From: Eledone cirrhosa
Lineage: Eukaryota
Length of the DNA: 64,000 nt
Assembly: GCA_964016885.1 (NCBI GenBank)
Contig: OZ024759.1
Location: forward strand, 32,426,001-32,490,000
Direction: 5' to 3'
The notes under the pieces are model-generated. The model was not told the DNA's origin. It made no database searches and was given only the letters and a program-made list of their open reading frames with translations. Shown in pieces: positions 55,939 to 64,000 of this stretch; position 1 is the first letter of the stretch; the number at the start of each line of letters is the position of its first letter. The translations under genes and the position numbers were made by a program.

Positions 55939-57883
55939 TTATAAGGGGCACAGAGAGTGCTAAAAGGTACGTTATTCCGGGTTGAATCGGAGGTAACCAC
56001 AGTAAGTAAGGTACTCAATACATAGCAGAGTATAAAAGTTTTAATATAGATGAGATTCTACAGGACTAGAACTGTTTCATTCTTCAGAAATCATCAGGAA
56101 TCCCATATATATATTTTAACGATCTTTTAATTTCTTCTTTAATATATACTCTAGTTCTACCAACTGTTGAGTGCTACTTATCTGATATATGCATAGTTTT
56201 ATTGTTCTACAATATTACTCACATTCTACATATATATATATATATATATATTTATATATGGAAACTGGAAATGCATTGACTGCATACAGACAGACATTTT
56301 CATTTTTATATATATATAGATAACAATATATATATATATATGTGTATGTATATATATATATATATGTGTACCCATTATTATCTATATATATAAAAACGAA
56401 AATGTCTATCTATATGGTGTCGATGCATTTTCAGTTTCCATCCGATTTTGTTCAAATTTGATACATAGGTTATTTAGCTCCCAGAGCATGTCAACATGTT
56501 AACATTTAGTTGAAATCTTTCTCTCCCCTAAAATAGCAGCGTTCTGGGGCTATTTAAAGACAGCACTGTTGATGAGAGAGGGGGTCTTTATTTACAGTAC
56601 AGTGGCGGAAGGTGTGCCCAGCAATGACGGGCTCTTTTGCTAGTATATATATATATATATATAGGAAAAAGTATGACCCCGACGGCAGAGCTCAAGCCAT
56701 TTCAACGGCTATTTCTGGACTGAAATAGCCGTCGAAACGGCTTGAGCTCTGCCGTCGGGGTCATACTTTTTCCTATTTCTTACTCTACTACCCTAAGTAT
56801 TGAGTACTCTGGTGCGTTATGGTCCATCTGGTTCCTTACCACAATTCCTTCGCTATATATATATATATAGAAGTAGTAACACAACAGTTAGTTCACCATA
56901 CCGAGAACAATTGTTTCACCTGAAGTGGATCTTCAGCTCGGACTTAGAGTCCGCTTAAGGTGAACTAACTGTTGTGAACTAACGGTATGGTGAACTAACT
57001 GTTGTGTAACTACTTCTACCTAACTCGTCCCATGGACTGAGTGCGCTACCACTACGGATATTACCTTCCATTGTTCTACCCCTATATATCATCATCATCA
57101 TCATCATCATCATCGTTTAACGTCCGTGTTCCATGCTTGCATGGGTTTGGACGGGAGTTTTCCCACTTGAGGCAAGAGTGGTTGTCTTGCTCGCATAGGA
57201 CTGTCTGGCGGGTTTTCTACAGTTGGATGCCCTTCCTAACACCAACCACATTTACAGTGTGGGGCTGGGAGGTTTTTACCGTGTTGCCTACACGGCCACA
57301 TTACAGCGTGGACTGTCTGGCAGGTTTTCTACAGCTGGATGCCCTTCCTAACACCAACCACATTTACAGTGTGGGACTGGGACGTTTTTACCGTGTTGCC
57401 TACACGGTCACATTACAGCGTGGACTGTGTGTTTTTTTTTCGTGACACCTACACGATCTCATTTGTTTCGGCCTGGATTTTGTGGCACCAACATAACTTT
57501 ACATTGAAAGGGGCGGTGTGGATGGGGTGGGGGGAGGGGGGGGGGGGTGTATTTTGTTAGAGATGCCTACTGACTGTAGTAGGTTTTACCTTGTATTTAG
57601 GTAACGCGGGTCTTCTCTGTTACTGAGTACCGCCAAAGGTCTCGGTCCAGTAACATTGTCTTGGAGAGGTGTAAGTGTGTGAGGTCGGAATTTATCAGCT
57701 CGTCCCAGGTTTTTCTGGGTCTGCCTACTCCGTGGCTACCATCTATCTTTATTGCCCTGCACTTTGTTATACAGCTGTCGTCTTTCATGCGCATCACGTG
57801 ACCATACCAACGTAGCCTTCTCTCGAGTAAACAACATATATATATATACATATATATATACACATATATATATACATATATAT

Positions 57884-57916
<33 letters not shown>

Positions 57917-58911
57917 CATACACACACACACACACACATATATATATACACACACACACATATATATACATACATACACATCTACCTGCATCAGTTGTTA
58001 GCTGCCGTGACACTGCTTCCTTTAACCCTTTAATGTTCAAACCGGCCAGAATTCTCCACCTCTTTCTGTTGAAACTGGCTGTAACAGGCTGCCCATACTG
58101 ATGTTAAGGTATTGTTCTCAAAATAAATAACATTAAAATCTCATAGATTCGATATTATGTGCGATAATTATGTAAGATAAAGCCTTTACCATGAAAATAT
58201 AATAGTATATATAGAGTAATGTGAATGTTAAAGGGTTAAAACCTCCATACTTCCTGAGATTCGCCAACACTACACCTAATATCCCTCCTCCATACACACA
58301 CATGTATATCATGACTCATACACTGTTCACTTCCCTGACATTTGTACATTATTCTATGCACTATACATGCACCTTTGATGAGCTGTAGTGCACCTGAGCA
58401 CTGTACACAATAATTTCATTATAGTTCTTTGAGTCTCAGTCATTGATGTTAGTTAACTGGAAAGTTTGTTGAAATGAATATCAAGCCCCTACCTGCAGCC
58501 TCAGATATTCAGGACGTATCGGAGGGTTCTTGCTGTTCCCAGCAAGCATTCCTTTTGAAGCGTTCCAAAAAGCGTGGCGGGGCCAATTTTAACCATCCCT
58601 GGAAACTTTTTGAGATAGTACCTAGTGCGCCTATGACAATCGGGACCACCTTGATTTCATGGCAGTTCGAAATCCTTTTAACCTCCCACTTTAAGTCCTG
58701 GTATCGGTTAATTTTCTCCCTCTCCTTCTCTTGCACTCTCGTGTCGAATGGGCAGGCTACATCCACAATCAGGCACGATCTTTCTTCCTTGTCGAAAACC
58801 ACCAGGTCAGGTCTATTGTGTTCCAGTTTCTTGTCCGTCTGTACCCTAAAATCCCACAGCACCTTCACCTGATCGTTCTCCATCACCGCCTCTGGCTTAT
58901 GCTCATACCAC

Positions 58912-58948
<37 letters not shown>

Positions 58949-59424
58949 CATACACTGTCCAAATCTTGCTAGTAGGGAAAAGAGACATTAGGTGATGATG
59001 GCAATGATGGTGATGACAATGATGACGATGACAGTGATGACGACAACACTGATGATGACAGTGATGACGACAACACTGATGATGATGATGATGAGAGTGA
59101 TGACAACACTGATGATGATGAGAGTGATGACGACAAAACTGATGATGACAGTGATGATGGCCGGTGACGACGACGATGATGATGACAAGGATATATTTTC
59201 CCTTTTTACATTATATTTCATTTATTTTATCTTCCAGGTTCCTACCTCACCTGAGCAGCAATGTAGTGAAATACCTGGTTGTCCTGGTTGTATTAGTTGC
59301 TATGGCTGTCTTTATTTATTTCTCTGCCTTCTCCTATGGTAATGTCCCCTTAACAGCCCCCGACATTCAACAGATGTCCTGGAAAGACACCTGGGACTTC
59401 CTTGTCCGTGTCAAATTAAGATAG
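34476..59424 (+). CDS. POMT1: Protein O-mannosyltransferase 1, 19 coding exons, 2313 nt / about 770 aa
   Basis: Phase-consistent GT-AG exons: 34476-34574, 37053-37198, 37596-37699, 38179-38229, 38730-38876, 39619-39727, 41670-41735, 42983-43076, 44300-44455, 45387-45619, 45929-46021, 46716-46812, 48490-48582, 50120-50234, 51620-51720, 52524-52640, 53736-53862, 55630-55807, 59238-59424. Motifs: [38 protein letters not shown] domains ([28 protein letters not shown]; LNSHDVAAP; [15 protein letters not shown]), AQIHLLGN and [11 protein letters not shown]. Exon 1 is the least certain. Confidence 0.93.
35546..35859. repeat. ~310-bp near-perfect palindrome with a 10-nt loop in POMT1 intron 1; the centre is an RTE 3' tail
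   Basis: The arms tgtcatgctagggg...cgtttaacgtcca and tggacgttaaacg...cccctagcatgaca match apart from (CAT)n length. Loop 35695-35704. Confidence 0.92.
39940..40350 (-). mobile_element. Internally deleted RTE-like LINE (endonuclease N-terminus fused to the C-terminus)
   Basis: ICTYNCRSL...VLGLCETR is joined directly to [41 protein letters not shown]. Confidence 0.75.
40380..40580. mobile_element. ~130-bp palindrome + tail in (TA)n
   Basis: atacaaatgaatatatgatagggataaacact...agtgtttatccctatcatatattcatttgtat. Confidence 0.75.
40942..41135. mobile_element. GC-rich hairpin (~110 bp) + ~85-bp tail family in (TA)n; copies at 47457-47650, 53200-53410 and 56662-56853, half copy at 32905-32965, tail only at ~19570-19625
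   Basis: gaccccgacggc(a/t)gagctc...gagctc(t/a)gc(c/t)gtcgggg hairpin followed by cactctactaccc.aag.attgagtactctggtg.gttatggtc... Confidence 0.85.
43553..43980. mobile_element. Fold-back element: ~360-bp near-perfect palindrome (43622-43980) + tail, with hammerhead-like cores on both strands
   Basis: Plus strand: TATTTTGT-CTGAGGA(43880)-AGGcATAcCATATT-ttt-AATATGaTATcCCT-GAAA-tatatata-ACGAAATA. Mirror tcctcag at 43716-43722. Confidence 0.75.
44615..45045. repeat. Minisatellite (gtcatagacggtatacaactgta)n following a hAT-like terminus cagtggttctcaacct at 44500
   Basis: Directly visible ~23-bp units. Confidence 0.85.
48780..50095. repeat. (CTAC/CTAT/CTGT)n tetranucleotide compound array in a POMT1 intron
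   Basis: Directly visible; interrupted at ~49000-49320. Confidence 0.9.
51290..51597. repeat. 30-bp tandem repeat (tataggtagttatttctataaaatatattg)n
   Basis: About 10 units visible. Confidence 0.9.
54530..55560. repeat. (TGTGT/TGTCTGCTC)n compound minisatellite
   Basis: Directly visible; explains the spurious Cys/Val/Leu ORFs. Confidence 0.95.
56381..56643 (+). mobile_element. Non-autonomous Helitron; inverted 5' fragment at ~56260-56322
   Basis: A|TCTATATATATAAAAACGAAAATGTC 5' end; 3' GCCC-agcaatgac-GGGC hairpin followed by CTAG|T. Confidence 0.7.
56866..57085. mobile_element. Fold-back element containing a well-formed minimal hammerhead on the minus strand (56901-56941)
   Basis: Arms tagaagtagt..acacaacagttagttcaccataccg / cggtatggtgaactaactgttgtgt.actacttcta. 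Minus strand: CCGAG-CTGAAGA-t-CC-acttca-GG-t-GAAA-CAATTG-T-T-CTCGG. Confidence 0.7.
58425..58910 (-). mobile_element. R4/Dong-like non-LTR retrotransposon 3' fragment (restriction-like endonuclease), abutting (TAA)n
   Basis: [31 protein letters not shown]...IVDVACPFD...EKINRYQDL...[10 protein letters not shown] contains the RLE PD-(D/E) motif. A (TAT)n tract lies at 58911-58946. Confidence 0.85.
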
Positions 59425-61135
59425 ACGATAATTATCGTTAGTCACACACCTCTCTTCCTTCCTCTACTCCCCTCCCCTCCTTCAATCTCCAGTCACCGTT
59501 GTCATCATCATCATCATCATCGCCACCAACATGACCATGGCCATCACCATCATCATCACCATCATCATCATCACCATCATCATCATCACCACCACCACCA
59601 TCGTCACCATCATCATCACCACCACCACCACCACAACCACTATCAGAACCATCACCATCACCACTATCATCATCACCATCATCATCACCACCGTTACTAC
59701 CATCACCATCACCACAGTCACTACCATCACCATCATCACCACCACTACCACCATCACTATCAGAGGGTTCAATTAAATGATGACTTGCTAATGACTTCAT
59801 GATGACTTAATATTTCCATAGGTAAATGTAGTGATGAATTGATGACTTAATGTAATGATGACTTGATGTGGTGATGACATGATGATGACTTAATGTGGTG
59901 ATAACTTGATGATGACTTAATGTGGTGATGACTTGATGACATGATGACTTGATGATGACTTAATGTAATGATGACTTGATGATGACTAAATGTGGTGATG
60001 ACTTGATGATGACTTAATGTGGCGATGACATGATGATGACGCAATATATATCACTATGCAAACGCACCTCAATTTCTCTTTCTCCACACACACACACACA
60101 TATATATATTATCATCATCATCAACACTATGCAAACACAGCTCAATCTCTCTCTCTCTATCTTTCACTCTTTCTATCAATATATATATATATATATATAT
60201 ATATATCTGTCACATCTATCACCATGGTAACACAGAGCTCATCTCGCTGTGTCCCCCACCCGCCCCTCACATATATTTTTTATCTAAAAAAGTGCAATAA
60301 ATCCCCTTTTTATTCGTTGTTGTCATTTTAACACCGAACTTCTCGTGTAACTCTCCATATTGGTGAGCCTTTTCTCACCTGACACACCTTCAGGCCCATG
60401 GAATTGTCACCATCACCCCTCCAACCTCACACCAGGGGAGGCATTGTGTCCTTGAGCAAGACACTTTATTTCACGTTACTCCAGTTTACTCAGCTGTAGA
60501 AATGGGTTGCAACATCTCTGGTGCTGAGATGTATTGGTCATTGTCTGTCCCTTGAACAACACCATATATGGTATATATATATATATATAGAATATAGAGT
60601 GTATATATAGTATATATTGTCATGTCACTGGTACCAAGCTGTATGGGCCTTTGTCTTTCCCTTGGACAACATTATATATAGTATATAGAGTGTATATATA
60701 GTATATACTGTCATGTCACTGGTGCCAAGCTGTATGGGCCTTTGTCTTTCCCTTGGACAACGTTGGTGGCTTGGAGAGGGGGGGGGGAGACAGGTATGTA
60801 TGGTGAACTGCTGGTCTTCCTCAAACAACTTTGCCCGGACTTGTGCCACGAAGGGGCACATTCTAGGTGAAAATCCCATGGTCATTAATGGCCGAAGGTG
60901 GTCTTCAATATATACACACATACATATACATACATATATACATATACATACATACATATACATACATACATATACATACATATATAAAGAATACATGTTT
61001 CCCTGTGGTTATTTGGATGATAAACACTCCTTCTGACAAGCATCCAATTATGTATCGACACACACTCATACACATATATATATATATACATGCACACACA
61101 ATCACACACATATATATATATATACACACACAGAT

Positions 61136-61166
<31 letters not shown>

Positions 61167-61213
61167 CACAGACAGACGCACAGATATACACACACACACA
61201 TAAATATATATAT

Positions 61214-61293
<80 letters not shown>

Positions 61294-61597
61294 ATATATA
61301 TATACACACAGATACACACACACACACATATATATATATATACACACAGACACACGCACAGATATACACACACTCACATAAATATATATATACACACAGA
61401 TACACACACACACACACATATATATATACACACAGATACACACACACACATATATATATATACACACACATATACACACACACGCACATATACACACAGA
61501 TACACACACATATATATATACACACGCACATATATATATATACACACATATACACACAGATACACACACACACATATATATATATACACACTCAGAT

Positions 61598-61656
<59 letters not shown>

Positions 61657-61701
61657 TATATATATACACACAGATACCCACACATATATATACACACAGA
61701 T

Positions 61702-61738
<37 letters not shown>

Positions 61739-61747
61739 CACACAGAT

Positions 61748-61788
<41 letters not shown>

Positions 61789-62190
61789 GATACACACACA
61801 CACATATATATACACACAGATACACACACACACATATATATATATATATACACACAGATACACACACACATATATATATACACACAGATATTTCCTCTGC
61901 TGAAGCATAATATAACATAAAACAATACAGACATTATAAAATAAACTCCAACTCCAGTCCAACGTTAACATTTTTCATCTTTTAAAGCTTTATTTATAAT
62001 AAATACTATTTAATAAAAACACTAACTTGAACAAATAATAGTTTGTTATTTGTTATTATATATTTCTTATATATGTATATATGTATATATGTTTATATAT
62101 AAATGTATATGTTCACATGATCATCATCATCATCATCATCACCATTTTACGTCCGTTCGTCCACTTTAGCATGGGTTAGACGGGTTTTAT

Positions 62191-62309
62191 GCTTACAGCA
62201 CCTAGGGTTCCCAAGTGGTCACCCATCTAAGTACTAACTAGGCTTGACGTTGCTTAACTTCGGTGATCGGACGAGAACCAGTGTTTTCAGCATGATATGG
62301 CCATTGTTT
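62191..62309 (-). pseudogene. Full-length, diverged 5S rRNA copy fused to an RTE 3' tail
   Basis: Minus strand: ...ggccatatcatgctgaaaacactggttctcgtccgatcaccgaagttaagcaacgtcaagcctagttagtacttagatgggtgaccacttgggaaccctaggtgctgtaagc, matching the 5S consensus. Confidence 0.85.
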
Positions 62310-62447
62310 TATATATATACATCTATATATATGTTTTTATGTATATATATATGTGTATATGTTCACATGATATTGTTATATATATATATATATATATATG
62401 TTTATGTATATATATATATATATATGTATATGTTCACATGATATTGT

Positions 62448-62482
<35 letters not shown>

Positions 62483-62633
62483 ATATATATGTATATGTTC
62501 ACATGATATTGTTATATATATATATATATATGTTTATGTATATATATATATATATATGTATATGTTCACATGATATTGTTATATATATATATATATGTAT
62601 GTATATATATGTGTATATGTTCACATGATATTG

Positions 62634-62673
<40 letters not shown>

Positions 62674-62703
62674 ATATATATGTATATGTTCACATGATAT
62701 TGT

Positions 62704-62736
<33 letters not shown>

Positions 62737-62821
62737 GTTCACATGATATTGTTATATATATATATATGTATATGTTCACATGATATTGTTATATATATAT
62801 ATATGTATATATATATATGTG

Positions 62822-62868
<47 letters not shown>

Positions 62869-64000
62869 CTTCACATCATATTGTTATATATATATATATA
62901 TATATATGTGTATATGTTCACATGATATTGTTATAAAGATTGACACCATATTGTCAGATATTAGCGATATATATATATATTGACATCATATATTATGTTG
63001 TGTATGTTAAGTGTTGTATATTGTGTGTCGTATGTTGTTAGGTATGAAAGTGTAGTTGTGGTATAGATTGATTGATTATTTTAATGTTAAGTATGTTTAT
63101 ATATGTGTGTGTATGTGTGTATATAAATATTTGTTTGTATGTGTGTATTTAGATATTGTTACTGTGTGTGTATGTTACTGTGTGTGTTTTTATGTATTGA
63201 CACACTATGTGTATGTATATATATTGATACACTGTGTGTGTGTGTGTATTTATACACTATCACTGTGTGTGTGTGTATCTATATATTGATACTTTGTGTG
63301 TGTTGTATATATTGTTGACACTATTACTATATATATATATATGGCTGCAACTGTAGCTCCTGAGACCAGATTTGCTCAAGCAAATTTTTCCAAAGAGAAC
63401 CAGTGAAGTATGATCACCACGGTGTTGTGAGGGTTCACGGGCAACCTGATGCAGGACCTCAAGCCAGGGAGATCCATAGTTGTCGTCAGTGTGTGAAGGA
63501 GTCCAAGTCTCTAGCAGGCTTGAAAAGCCATACCCGAGTGTCCCACATCTGAATCTGACAAGCGATTGCAATACTCTTGGCAGAGTTTGCAGCCATCATA
63601 TATATATATATATTTGTTTTGCAAGGTTTTTTGCTATGAAATTGTGTGTCAAAACAAATATTATTATACTTGGGGAGGGTCATATTGTTATAATATTGCC
63701 AGAAATAATAACAGAACACACTCACTGTTTGGTTTGGGTTGGTTTTCAGTTCTGAATCTTTTATATCTCCATAGTTAATTGGCAATCATAGTTATCTGGC
63801 AATCAATGTTTATCATTGATTCCTAATGGTGTGCTGTTGTTGTTGTTGTTGTGATGGTGGTGGTGGAGGAGGCGATGAGAGAACTTGTCCCCAGATTTTG
63901 AAATAAAAACCTAAAAGTTGTCAAAATTAACCTACAACTATCTTTCGTTCTATAATACAAAAGTGTTTATTTTAAAGTGTTTATATTTATTTAAAAACTC

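Overview
Eukaryotic, AT-rich, microsatellite-saturated animal DNA. The SINE families and (TA)n load point to an octopod cephalopod (inference). Three host genes are supported: (1) the first coding exon of an SLC23-family nucleobase/ascorbate transporter (minus, 154-1092; gene continues left of the window); (2) a complete two-coding-exon ADPRM (minus, 26642-29252); (3) a complete 19-exon POMT1 (plus, 34476-59424, about 770 aa), head-to-head with ADPRM. The rest is TE debris (CR1, RTE and R4/Dong LINEs, Gypsy fragments, tRNA-SINEs, Tc1/mariner, piggyBac and Helitron MITEs, a 5S rRNA retrocopy) and simple repeats; most listed ORFs are microsatellite artefacts. Two things stand out. (a) A ~5.85-kb loop-less palindrome (6593-12446) with a GC-rich centre, nested hairpins, tandem sub-repeats and RTE-RT fragments at both tips. 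(b) Several distinct families of short fold-back (hairpin + tail) elements embedded in (TA)n. Many carry minimal type-I hammerhead-ribozyme motifs, in some cases on both strands, and share an ACTC...GAGT/GAGC tail motif. They resemble Penelope-like pLTR/retrozyme remnants.
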